DNA of 63,074 nucleotides, the filler included, from Craspedostauros australis (lineage: Eukaryota), in NCBI GenBank assembly GCA_030167865.1. It is 14 parts of 14 records of this genome, joined end to end, with 100 filler letters (N's around TTAATTAATTAA, not from the genome) between each part and the next. Parts side by side here need not be neighbours in the genome. Positions count along the whole stretch, not along the records: positions 21,238 to 30,590 come from JALAGF010005128.1; positions 30,691 to 32,426 come from JALAGF010005129.1; positions 32,527 to 34,873 come from JALAGF010005130.1; positions 34,974 to 36,779 come from JALAGF010005132.1; 10 more parts are not named here. One strand, 5' to 3'. The translations under genes were made by a program, and so were the position numbers. Shown here piece by piece: positions 24,471 through 36,879 of this stretch; within the stretch, counting starts at the first letter, position 1, and each line of letters begins with the position of its first letter. The notes beneath the pieces were generated by a model. That model did no database searches. It saw nothing but the letters and a program-made list of their open reading frames with translations, and was not told the DNA's origin.

Positions 24471-25629
24471 TTCTTTTAGGCAACCGGCTACCAGCGGTGG
24501 TGATGGCTCGGTGTTTCGTCAAGGCCATTGACTGGCGTTGGCTGGCGTTGCTGCTGATGCTGCTGATGCTGTTGATGCTTGCATTCCCTTTGCTTCAGCT
24601 TCTTTCGCTGGTTGCGAGATATAATAGTTGTGGAGCACTTCCGTTTGGAGCTTCAATGGTTGGCATGACAGATGGGATTGGTGCTCAATCCATCATGGTG
24701 GCATCGGAGAACAAGTTTGTATGAGAGCAGCGTGTGGTAGAGTGGAGTAGAGTGGAGTGGAGTGGAGTGATGATGTCTACAATTCGCATTGAAGCTTTGT
24801 TGTCCTCCTTCGTCGCTTCGTTTGTTGTTGTGTTGATCGGTTAGTCGGTTGGTTTTGGATCTTCCCACTTGATGTGTTGGGTGAAGGATTCTGTTGATGC
24901 GAACAGTGCCTCGCCAAGATACGATGGGTCGCTGTTCGCATCCTCGATTCGCTCAGAATGCTAGTAATAGTCCACAACGGGCCATCCATCTTGTTAGAAC
25001 TCTTCTTGTTTGGCTTCGCTCCTTTCACATGGTGTTGGTCTCGCGAGGATCCAGCGAACAGCCACCGCGCGATTATTGGTTACCAAAGAACAACCAGTTG
25101 CATGTGACATTTTATCAACCAGACACGAGTGACATGCTACAAGACACGGACAACGTGTGTCATGTTGGTTGTAGTGTGTGATACATATCACTCTCGAAAG
25201 TATCTCTGAGTGTTCTCTGCTCAAACGACAGAAAGGCACTGAATTCGTTGATGTCCACGATCTTGAACACCGCCGCTTCTCACCTCGAACGGACTTGGTT
25301 GTTTGGTGCAGACAACATTCTTCACCTCACCATGCACGCTCTGGCCACGAAGGGGTAATCTCCGCCCATGAACATGCAACGTCTTGGATCACATCGCATC
25401 CGTGCTCTGTGCTGCGCTGTGCTCGTCGTTGGTGTTTGAGGAGGGTACAAAAGCGTGTGGTACGAAGTCTGTGCCAGCCCAATCAAACGAGCGAAAGCGA
25501 CGTCCACGCTCGTTGGCACCAAAACGCAACGATCGTGGTTGGCGAAGGAATGGCTGCAGGAGGTATTATGCGAGCTATTATCTGTGCCTATCCCTCCAAT
25601 TGCAATCATAATTCCATCCCTCGTCCATC

Positions 25630-25747
25630 ATGAAAGCCTCGCATTCCTATCGACAAACCCTCATTGCCGCGCTGCTTGCGGCGATTGCAGTCTCTGCAAC
25701 ATTGGCCGCAGCTCAAACGGTGAGTGAAACGACCCTTTGCGATGGTT

Positions 25748-25783
<36 letters not shown>

Positions 25784-25970
25784 GACCGTGGATGGGTCGG
25801 TCACACCATCTCATCATCCATTCTCAACCTTGCATTCCGCGTCTGCTAAACTCCGTTCCCTCCACCCCACACCCCACATACGAGTACGAATATTCACCCT
25901 TTTCACAACCACCACACCTTCACCCAATCGATCTCACTCAATCCATTTCAATCCGAACGACAATCAGACC

Positions 25971-26002
<32 letters not shown>

Positions 26003-29000
26003 CATCCTGAAGGAACCATGCCTCATCATCGCGCGCATCACCGGTTTCACTGATGGAACCGATGCAATCGACCTTTTCTGCAGGCTCAGAGGAGCCGATG
26101 CCACATCCCATGGTCCCATCGACACGAAGATCGATGGGTTGATGGAACAGTGGGCGATCGATCGCCAAGCGTTCCCCAGCGCCACCGTCAAGCACACCAT
26201 CTTCATGGAGAACGTCATCGTTGATGACAGCAACTTCACGCTGAAGCTGCCGGATGGCATGACTATCGATGACATGCTGCTTGGGCATCATACCGATGGA
26301 CACACAGATGGACACGGGCATGGACGCGCACTGGACACTCCAGATGTGTTGGGCGTTGGCGACAAGAAGGTCCTCCTGATTCAGGTTGTGTTTCAGAACA
26401 CTTACACTGTCCCAAAATCTCTCATTGTGGACAAAGTGTTCAATGCGCAGCCCAATTTCACCGACCAGTTCGAGGCCATGTCGTTCGGCAAGCTTTCGCT
26501 TTCCACAATGCCAACGAATGGCACCGACGATGGGATCCTCACAATTCACTATCCTTCTGAAGTTGATCCCGACACTCTCAAGAACACCAAGGTTGAAAAC
26601 TACGTCAAGAAATACCTGGCGCTGGAGGCCAAGATCTTTGACGACTTCGATCATTTCATGATTTTGATGCCGTATTCGACTGACAGTAGTAGTACATCTG
26701 GCCGAGCCTGGGCTGGTAAGTTTCAGTGCCATTTTCAGCAACGGGCCTCCCATTTGGGAAATGGCACATGCACCGCCATGCAGCGCGGCAAACTGTCTTG
26801 TGCGCTCCTGCGGCATGAATAGTGATGATGACGGGGCATCGTTTGAGATGGTTCTCCTTGACGTGAGCCCAAATCTCCACAGGCCGGCGAGATCATTGCT
26901 CAAGACACTGCGGCCATGATTGGATCCACCGTATTATACGAGTGTGATACTGAGATGATCGGTTTGTTTGCTCTGTTTCCAAGCACCGCAATCTACTCAC
27001 CCATTCAATAATGTCATTCCATGCGAATCCAACATGTTGTCCATAACGTGCTTCATGCCCAACGACAAATCTCAGCTTACGCAGACTTGCCCGGAGAAAC
27101 CAGCGTGTACAACGGTATTAAAAACTACCCAAACGCACACTGGGGGTTCCAATTGAACGTCATCGTCCATGAACTTGGTCATAACTTCGGTCTGAAACAT
27201 TCCAATCGATTTGGGATAGAGTACGAGGACCGAAGGTGAGAACCCGAAGATGATTTGGAGCACACGTGCAACCGCCGAAGCTGCATGGTGGTAGCTTCTA
27301 ACAACCACTTCACCACCTCTGCATGCACGCATACACTCACTTTCTCTGTCGCTCTTTCGCTTTCTCTTTCCTTTTGTGCTGTTGCTGGGCTTGTTTCTGC
27401 CATTTCTCCTTGGCGGATCAACATGTCTGCAATGAATCGCACAGTGGGGCCATGGGTGGTGGGAAACTCAATCGATTTAAGAACGAAACACTTTCTACGC
27501 TCTCGGGTTACAACGGTAAGCATCCTCAGATCTGATGGCGGCAGATCACATGTCCATTAATGCAGAGCCCGATCGATGCCTCATTCTGCGACAGCCAATT
27601 TCATCATCGAAAGAACACTCTGCATGACGCAGCGGGCGGAATCTGGGGGACTCAACCAGTGGAGCTCTCACTGATCCGTTTGTATGCACTTGTCGGGAAT
27701 TGCTGATCGAAATTGCACCCAATCTATGACGTTCATCGACCGGGGCATGTTGGGCTATTCCGCCATACTCGCGTGGCCACTGACTCGTCTCCCCAATGCA
27801 ATTGCCTTGCCGTGCTTGTTTTGTCTTTCACATCAAAACTAAAACCACAACGCGTGCACTCACCGTGCGGCATGCCATGTTCCACACGTCTACTCACACC
27901 CCAAACGGAACCAACTGAAATCGAACACGCCCATCTCAAAGGGGCCAAGAGTTGGGAAATGGGATGGTATTCTGATCAGACCGTCACACTCACGGCAAGC
28001 CAACCCATCGACTTCGAAGGAAGGCTCTGTGGTGTGGTAGACTACGATCCCACCGATACAAGCTACCATGTCATCATCCGAATCGATGATCCCGAGAGCG
28101 TTTTCAACTACTACATCGCGTTTAACCGAGCCATCGGTTTCAATGCCGATTCGTCACTGGGCAGAAACCAAGTGCTCGTCACATCAGCACGTGATCAGGC
28201 CCCACGCGATGGGAGCAGATCCGAGTTAGAGGCCATTCTGGACATGACCCAACCGTCGTACAGGATCATTGAGTTTGGATCTACAAAGTTCTTGGATGGC
28301 CTCGTCATTTCCGTTTCCAACATCGATGATGAATCAGCAACTCCAATGTGTGCGACGGTGAGCGTGAAAGGGGAGTTCAGCCAATCGCCATCCACTACTC
28401 CATCCGTTTCTGTTGCGCCATCAGTATCAGTAGCACCTTCTAACAGACCAAGCGCACTCCCCAGCCTAACTCCAATAGCAGGGTGCGGAGAGTGGGAATA
28501 CACAAAGTCCCGTCGAAGCTTGCTTAATCAAATCACGAAGTCCTTCAGATTCGATTTGCGTACAATTAGGGACTTTCAAATCACCGGAATGCGGCTTTTC
28601 GTGGCCCCTGGCTTTTCCAATATGCCTTACACGATCTTCTTCCGACCAGACACCTGGGAGGTGGATGGCAATTGGACTCAGATCGCATCGGGAAACAACG
28701 GAAAAACAGATTCGGATGACTATACGGCCACCCTTCCGTTTGATTCACCTCTGCTCCTGCCAGCGAATACTGGCACTGTTTCCTTCCGCATCGACATGGC
28801 CAATCAATTTCAATCCTCAAGCCGGAGCTCCGCAGGCATCACACCATCCTACATTTTCTCATGTCCATCTTGCCCATTTGATGTGTATGCTGGACAAGCC
28901 AGTTTTGAAATTGGAGACAGTGCGCCCAACTTCTCCGGTTACTTCCCCTACTTCATTGGTTCACTCGATTTCTGCTATGGCCTAGACACTGAGATGCCAA

Positions 29001-29806
29001 CTGGATCGGCTTCTCCTTCAACGACAGTATCACCAACGACCCAGCCATCTATCGTTCCCACACAGGCACCGACTACTTCATGTCGCAGCGGAGAGACGGC
29101 TGGTCTCCCACGTGAATTCTTTGGAAATGAGATTGCATCTGTGCGATACGATATTGAGATATTGAGCGTCATCGACATCACGGGCATGAGGCTCGTGTTG
29201 CCATCGACTGGGAGCCAACCATACACCATCTTCTACCGTCCAAGCACGTGGGACGCACCTGGTGACTGGACGGAAATCGCGTCCGGCACAATCGAGGCGA
29301 GAGGGAGCGGAGATTTCACAGATGTGATCGCATTTGATCCACCACTGTCTGTTTCGGAGGCCGACGGCGTGGTCGCAATCCGTGTGGATACGCAGACAGA
29401 ATCATTGGATGCGGCCACACGGATCTACGGGCCTACACTCCGGAACTGGTTCGAATGTGAGGAATGCCCGTTCATCATGTTCCCAGGGTTGTCAAGCGAA
29501 GAGGTCGGAGAGTATCCTGATGCCTTTTGCGAAGGTTTCTACAACTTCTTCATGGGATCGTTGGAGTTCTGCAACGGAAACTCGAGGATGCCGTCGGCTG
29601 TGCCATCGCCTGAACCATCCGCACCGTCGCCTTCGCCGTCAAACCCTCCAAGCAACACACCCAGCGGGGCATCTTCGATGCAGCCTACTTCTGTCCCCAC
29701 CACTGCACCTACCAGCTCAGCTTTCTCACCAATGATCCCTTCCACGGTATCCGTCATGCTAGTGATGGCGTTATCAATCATGACAACAGTCACGTTGCTA
29801 AACTAG
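25630..29806 (+). CDS. Secreted/cell-surface M11 (gametolysin-like) zinc metalloprotease, 5 predicted exons
   Basis: Predicted exons are 25630-25719 (signal peptide, GTGAGT donor), 26013 (or 25968)-26715, 27076-27235, 27445-27515 and 27942-29806, with consistent phases. The spliced product reads AWAAYADLPG..SVY..HELGHNFGLKH..EYEDRSGAMG (Met-turn)..YNGAKSWEMGWY, then S/P/T linkers, two similar beta-rich repeats and a hydrophobic C-terminus. Confidence 0.88.
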
Positions 29807-29930
29807 GCCGTGGAATAAATCACACCTCCATTGTTGAATACAACAGCGAGATACCACAGCTGATACATCCTGAGATACATCGTACCACCTGCCTACAATT
29901 GTCGATGATTGTCACGAAGACCATTCCTGT

Positions 29931-30590
29931 TCATTCTTCAAAGTAGATCCTCCACAAACACAGACCACCCGGCGGCGCTGCACAATTGTATGAGCGATCC
30001 ATCCTCTCAATCCTTCGCATCCATCGGTTAGGCTGTTCGTCGTTGCCATGTGGCTCTTCGATGGTGGCTGAGGCATCCAGTAGCAGCGAGTTCACCATCT
30101 TGCGAATCATCCGTTTGAGAAATCGGTTTGCACGGATCTGGAAGACGAGAGCGCCGTCGTATTCCGGCCCTACCGCCGCCCCTACTGATACAACTGCTGA
30201 TGATGGTGATGATGATGTTGATCCTTCCTGTTCATGCTTGCGCCATACCTTGTTGAAGCCCGGAATGGCATCCTCCAACTCAGCGAGGCCAGTTGTGCGG
30301 AGCTGCTGCTGATCATTGGATACTTCATCTACGTCTTCAACATCGACGCTGCCCGAACCTGTCACCAACCAACATCGTCCTGCTTGAATGGTGCAATCCG
30401 CCGACTGTGTCAATATCCTGCCTTTGCTCAACGAGGTGTAATCCATCGATTGGTTCATGACAGATGCGAAGAACTGGTTCACCGTCTTCACCATGAGTCT
30501 GGCATATTGAAGACATACTGTCTTGCGCAAAGGAAGGATGTAGATGTATTCACGAGCCGTCGCTTGGAATGTGGGATGGAAGCTGGATGA
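29931..30590 (-). CDS. TruA-family pseudouridine synthase, C-terminal half (enters from the right scaffold end)
   Basis: SFHPTFQATAREYIY, VFQIRANRFLKRMIRKMV and AAPPGGLCLWRIY match TruA C-terminal motifs. Confidence 0.85.
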   Translation of the reverse strand, partial: SSSFHPTFQATAREYIYILPLRKTVCLQYARLMVKTVNQFFASVMNQSMDYTSLSKGRILTQSADCTIQAGRCWLVTGSGSVDVEDVDEVSNDQQQLRTTGLAELEDAIPGFNKVWRKHEQEGSTSSSPSSAVVSVGAAVGPEYDGALVFQIRANRFLKRMIRKMVNSLLLDASATIEEPHGNDEQPNRWMRRIERMDRSYNCAAPPGGLCLWRIYFEE

Positions 30591-30704
30591 NNNNNNNNNN
30601 NNNNNNNNNNNNNNNNNNNNNNNNNNNNNNNNNNTTAATTAATTAANNNNNNNNNNNNNNNNNNNNNNNNNNNNNNNNNNNNNNNNNNNNTTAATTTTAC
30701 ACCA

Positions 30705-31672
30705 ACTTTATTTTCCGCCAATTACGATGTTTGCATAACTTTATTATCCGCCAATTACGATGTTTGCGTAACTTTATTATCTGCCAATTACCATCTTTGC
30801 ATAACTTTATTATTCGCCAATTACGATGTTTGTGTAACTTTATTATCTGCCAATTACCATCTTTGCATAACTTTATTATTCGCCAAATACCATCTTTGCG
30901 TAACTTTTCTATCCGCTAATTACCANNNNNNNNNNNNNNNNNNNNNNNNNNNNNNNNNNNNNNNNNNNNNNNNNNTTATTATTCGCCAATTACGATGTTT
31001 GTGTAACTTTACTATCCGCCAATTACCATCTTTGTGTAACTTTATTATCCGCCAATTACAATGTTTGGGTAACTTTATTATCTGCCAATTACCATCTTTG
31101 CATAACTTTATTATTCGCCAATTACGATGTTTGTGTAACTTTACTATCCGCCAATTACCATCTTTGCGTAACTTTATTATCTGCCAATTACGATGTTTGC
31201 ATAACTTTATTATTCGCCAATTACGATGTTTGGGTAACTTTACTATCCGCCAATTACCATCTTTGTGTAACTTTATTATCCGCCAATTACGATGTTTGGG
31301 TAACTTTATTATCTGTCAATTACGATGTTTGTGTAACTTTACTATCTGCCAATTACCATGTTTGCGTAACTTTATTATCTGCCAATTACGATGTTTGCGT
31401 AACTTTATTATCCGCCAATTCCGATGTTTGGGTAACTTTGTTATCTGTCAATTACAATGTTTGTGTAACTTTATTATCCGCCAATTACCATCTTTGCGTA
31501 ACTTTATTATCTGTCAATTACGATGTTTGCATAACTTTATTATCCGCCAATTACGATGTTTGCATAACTTTATTATCTGCCAATTACGATGTTTGGGTAA
31601 CTTTATTATCTGTCAATTACGATGTTTGCATAACTTTATTATCCGTCAAATACGATGTTTGCGTAACTTTAT
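30705..31672. repeat. AT-rich 33-bp tandem satellite
   Basis: Unit TTGCATAACTTTATTATCCGCCAATTACGATGT, roughly 27 visible copies either side of a gap, with variant positions. Confidence 0.97.
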
Positions 31673-32205
31673 TCCTCCATTCCAAAATTAGCAGCTACAC
31701 TGACAGCCAAAGACAAGCAAATCAATGGATACACAAACAGACCATGCACAACAGATTGTGACAAGCCTCTTTTTGGCTTNNNNNNNNNNNNNNNNNNNNN
31801 NNNNNNNNNNNNNNNNNNNNNNNNTAGTAAAATGTGGATTGTTTGGTAGTCACAAGCAAACATACACAAACACAGACAGCCATATGCATAAACAGCCACA
31901 GAACAAGAAACCATCTCTGCAGCCATGGTTGTAGCTCGAAATCGGTCTTTCTTGGATGATGATCCTGTGCTAAACGAGCAAACCCCGAGGTCCTGCAACA
32001 TCTCAGCTCTGTTCATCCCTACCCTTTTGTCTTGGTTGGTGTCAACTTCGGAGGTTGGGTGGGCCAACTGTGTCCTCAACTGACAGACGCTGGCAGTTCA
32101 GCACAGACACACAGACAGACAAACAATCTGGAGTAAACAGCCATAAACACACAATCACGAGGTTACAAAGTTTATGCCTTTTTGTACGCAATCGTCATTA
32201 TTCGC

Positions 32206-32426
32206 GGAACAATCCGAACTTTGTTTTCGCATACATACGCAAACTCACAATGCCTGGTTTGGGAACAGTAAAGTTTGCGAACAATCCCATCTGTGGTGGA
32301 AAAATTCTTGTTGTGGATTGTTGTTCTTTGTGGAACAGTCCAAACTTTGTTTTCGCATACATACGCAAACTCACAATGCCTGGTTTGTGAACAGTAAAGT
32401 TTGCAAACAATCCCATCTGTGGTGGA
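32206..32426. repeat. 126-bp-period direct repeat (about 1.75 copies, running into the scaffold end)
   Basis: ggaaca.tcc.aactttgttttcgcatacatacgcaaactcacaatgcctggtttg... starts at 32206 and 32332, with no gap between the copies. Confidence 0.9.
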
Positions 32427-33705
32427 NNNNNNNNNNNNNNNNNNNNNNNNNNNNNNNNNNNNNNNNNNNNTTAATTAATTAANNNNNNNNNNNNNNNNNN
32501 NNNNNNNNNNNNNNNNNNNNNNNNNNTGTGCTCCATGCTGGTGCCAGTATTTTGTCATTTTTGTCCTGAATGGGCAATCGGACGTCATCGCATGCAGGTA
32601 TTTATGGTTCCGGACATGTTTGCGACAAAAAGCAAGTTCAATAAAATATGCCCAGAGCTCACTTGTGTTCATTTATTTAAGCGAAGAAGAAACAGACATT
32701 ATGCGCATGCGTATCAATCGAAGACTGGGTCACAGCGAAAACCGTCATTGGCAATCAANNNNNNNNNNNNNNNNNNNNNNNNNNNNNNNNNNNNNNNNNN
32801 NNNNNNNNACAGCGAAAACCGTCATTGGCAATCAACCCGCCACCGTGGCGACAACAACTCGCTCACACGATTGTTTGTGTTGTGGTGGCACAGAGAGAGA
32901 GAGATCCACCAAATCGCAAATCTTCCCACCCAACAGCGTGAGAGCGCCAACTTGCCAATGAACCCGCCCCAATGTGCTTCATGGCACAGACGCTTCGGTG
33001 CCTGTTCGATGCGACACGACTGTGCATGCTGTCCTGGTGACGCGAGTGGTGTGATGCGGTTTGGTGCGAGACAACTTCGACCCAACAAACAATTTGCCAA
33101 CGCTCCTTGTGCAATGACACTTGCCGGCTGTGTACCAGAACAGAGGCACCTTGTGTGGATCAACCACCACAACAGCTGGAGTCATCAAAAGAACCACACA
33201 CGCCAATCTGTGTCAACGAACACACAGTTGTTGTCACAACAGACAAACCACACAGAGTGACACGTACAGCACTGATGACACGCAGACAAGTGCACCTTTG
33301 GGAAAATACAATTCGCGTATTCCACTAAAAAATAACCCTATTTTTAGACCTTTTTGGAAAGTCAGAATTAACAATTTAGACACGCTCCAAGACTTGACGC
33401 GCTGGTCTGTGCTTTTCCGTATCCTCCTGCGCCCGGCCTCGCGTCTGAATCTCTTTGTTCTCGTACACAACTGCAGAGCAGAGCAGAGTGGAGCAGCTCC
33501 ATCGCTTCCACTTCTTGCACTGCTTCCTTTGGTGTCATAAAAAGGATCAGCCAACAACCAACAACCAACGATCAACGATCGATCAACGATCAACGAACAA
33601 CGAACAACGAACAACAAGCAACAAGCAACCAAGAGCAGCCCACACCGTGCAGCCATCACTCCTTTCTGCCAGGCCCTTGCTGCATCCAAGCATCTCATCC
33701 TCGCG

Positions 33706-34840
33706 TTGGAGCTCAATGAGACGCCTGAAGGATCCAAGCACGAAGAGAATGATCAGGATGTTCAATCGGCGCCGCCCTCCATCGCATCTCCNNNNNNNNN
33801 NNNNNNNNNNNNNNNNNNNNNNNNNNNNNNNNNNNNNNNNNNNNNNNNNNNNNNNNNNNNNNNNNNNNNNNNNNNNNNNNNNNNNNNNNNNNNNNNNNNN
33901 NNNNNNNNNNNNNNNNNNNNNNNNNNNNNNNNNNNNNNNNNNNNNNNNNNNNNNNNNNNNNNNNNNNNNNNNNNNNNNNCAGCAGGTGCTCCATCACAGC
34001 ACCAAGAAACGGTGCATGGCTGCTGCGCCTACTCAGAACCTCAAACACACATGGTGGACCCACACCAGGCAGTGCTGTATCTTCCAGACCGCGTTCCTGA
34101 TCCCAGAGGACGGATACGCCAAGGATTTCTCGCATCTGCAGTACGCCATCACATGCATGTTCAATCTCGGTTTGTGCCACCACCTCTTGGCCGTCCAGGA
34201 ATGTTNNNNNNNNNNNNNNNNNNNNNNNNNNNNNNNNNNNNNNNNNNNNNNNNNNCTGCAACAGCAGACGCCAGTACCAACACGGCACCGCGGACAGCAG
34301 CAGCAGCAGCAGCAGGTGCTCCATCACAGCACCAAGAAATGGTGCATGGCTGCTGCGCCTACTCAGAACCTCAAACACACATGGTGGACCCACGCCAGGC
34401 AGTGCTGTATCTTCTAGACCGCGTTCCCGATCCCAGAGGACGGATACGCTGAGGATTTCTTGCATCTGCAGTACGCCATCACATGCATGTTCAATCTCGG
34501 CTTGTGCCACCACCTCTTGGCCGTCCAGGAATGTTCGCAACAACACAGCAGCCTCCGCATCTCCAAGNNNNNNNNNNNNNNNNNNNNNNNNNNNNNNNNN
34601 NNNNNNNNNNNNNNNNNNNNNNATGTGCGCAACATCTTCCCCCTGGCGATCCTCGACAACTTGGGTCAGGTGCATTGACTGGATGGAAATCAAACCCAAT
34701 CGAATCATTACTTTGAGCAACTACTGTCGACGTTGATGTTCATCGTGGAGTACACAGACTGCACTGAAGGCCTGGGCGGGTTCTTCTCGAATGTGATGGA
34801 TCTCATGCTGCGAGATCCATTGACGGCACGGGCGGCTTAG
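33706..34840 (+). pseudogene. Disrupted helical (TPR-like) hypothetical protein of a type common in diatoms
   Basis: Contains AITCMFNLGLCHHLLA, LAILDNLGQVH*, LLSTLMFIVE and GFFSNVMDLMLRDPLTARAA*. In-frame stops occur at 34415 and 34676, and a segment is duplicated across a gap. Confidence 0.5.
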
Positions 34841-34989
34841 CCACTGCAGCACATGCGATCTGCTTTGCACACANNNNNNNNNNNNNNNNNNNNNNNNNNN
34901 NNNNNNNNNNNNNNNNNTTAATTAATTAANNNNNNNNNNNNNNNNNNNNNNNNNNNNNNNNNNNNNNNNNNNNATCTCCACATCCCCCA

Positions 34990-36709
34990 ACATGTGAGGC
35001 TGGCCGAGAGTGGCAAACTCGACACACCAACATGGAAGTGGAGCAACACCAAAAAAAATACCTCAATGGCCGTCGAACGGTATGCTTGGCGCCGCAACAA
35101 CCAGCCGGCCAACTCAAGATCCAAGAACATCGCCGTCACCTCCACGCAACGTTTGGTGGGTGGACGAACGGAGGCGGGAAGAGGGGTTGATTTGGGGNNN
35201 NNNNNNNNNNNNNNNNNNNNNNNNNNNNNNNNNNNNNNNNNNNNNNNNNNNNNNNNNNNNNNNNNNNNNNNNNNNNNNNNNNNNNNNNNNNNNNNNNNNN
35301 NNNNNNNNNNNNNNNNNNNNNNNNNNNNNNNNNNNNNNNNNNNNNNNNNNNNNNCCGGGAAGGTGTCCGCGCGGAGGCAAAGGTGGTTTTGAGGAGTTTT
35401 GGTTGGGGCTCGCCCAGCACTGGTCGCGTGGCTTTGGCTGTGAGGGGCGATGGGACGACGCCCCTCAATCGCGAAGCCACCCATACAAGATGCGTGCGGC
35501 ATCAATTGAAGATGCACGTCGTGAAGCATGCTCTGCTCAAGTTGTCTGGAAGACGCTGCAGCCNNNNNNNNNNNNNNNNNNNNNNNNNNNNNNNNNNNNN
35601 NNNNNNNNNNNNNNNNNNNNNNNNNNNNNNNNNNNNNNNNNNNNNNNNNNNNNNNNNNNNNNNNNNNNNNNCATCCGCGTGTCGCCATGGAGTGTGGTAA
35701 TTCACGAGGGGCACAAGGAGGGGCTGCAAGGATTGTATGGATGAGAGATGGATCCATATCCATACCGCATCCGGATTGAAAACATTTTTTGGCAATCGCT
35801 CTGTTTCAGTGTGTGGCTGCATTGCTGCATGCAGAGCCAATGTCTGTGGCCAGCCTTCATGGAGTGGATAGCTGGGGGGTATTCAGAGCGAACGGTATGC
35901 ACAGTTTGCTGAAATACAAGGATGATGATGATCATCATGTGTGCTCATTGGAGGGCAACATTGTGCCATCGACCATTTTTTNNNNNNNNNNNNNNNNNNN
36001 NNNNNNNNNNNNNNNNNNNNNNNNNNNNNNNGCTGCAGCCAACCATATCTGCAGAATGGTCATGTTCGGTTGGAGCAAAAAATGCACCACAACATCATCA
36101 CATGGAGGTGTATCATGTCGGCCATGCACTCCCAGCCCATTCTGGATGCATCCGCGTGTCGCCATGGAGTGTGGGAATGCACGAGGAGTGCTTGGAGGGG
36201 ATGAAAGGATNNNNNNNNNNNNNNNNNNNNNNNNNNNNNNNNNNNNNNNNNNNNNNNNNNNNNNNNNNNNNNNNGCTCTGTTTCAGTGTGTGGCTGCATT
36301 GCTGCATGCAGAGCCAATGTCTGTGGCCAGCCTTCATGGAGTGGATAGCTGGGGGGTATTCAGAGCGAACGGTATGCACAGTTTGCTGAAATACAAGGAT
36401 TATGATGATCATCATGTGTGCTCATTGGAGGGCAACATTGTGCCATCGACCATTTTTTTTTTCGAATCCACCACACAACACACAGCAAACCAACATGACT
36501 TCCAAAATATTTTCTATACTCATTTAACTTCAATATTCTGATAAACCGATAGTCATGNGTCAGAATGCAATGTTTAGATTTAATTTTAAGCGATGTGTTG
36601 TTGAGATATAGCATGACAAGCAGATATTGGATGTGCTTTTTGGATGGCCTCTAGACTCGTTTTAGTAGCATGGTCTGCCACCCACAAAACTCCACAACTA
36701 GTGTTATCG
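34990..36709. repeat. Diverged second copy of the 1850-3093 dispersed repeat
   Basis: Same colinear blocks and the identical 21-mer at 36689-36709. Confidence 0.65.
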
Positions 36710-36879
36710 CGGTGATGCACACCCATCACAAAATTTCCGTCCCATCATCCAACACAGCCTCACTTTCTGTGTTGGCCTTNNNNNNNNNNNNNNNNNNNNN
36801 NNNNNNNNNNNNNNNNNNNNNNNTTAATTAATTAANNNNNNNNNNNNNNNNNNNNNNNNNNNNNNNNNNNNNNNNNNNN

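Noticed and set aside
30705..31672. CRISPR array or an 11-aa repeat protein (LHNFIIRQLRC)n
   Set aside because: Units are contiguous with no unique spacers and there are no cas genes. The ORFs arise only because the 33-bp unit is a multiple of three.
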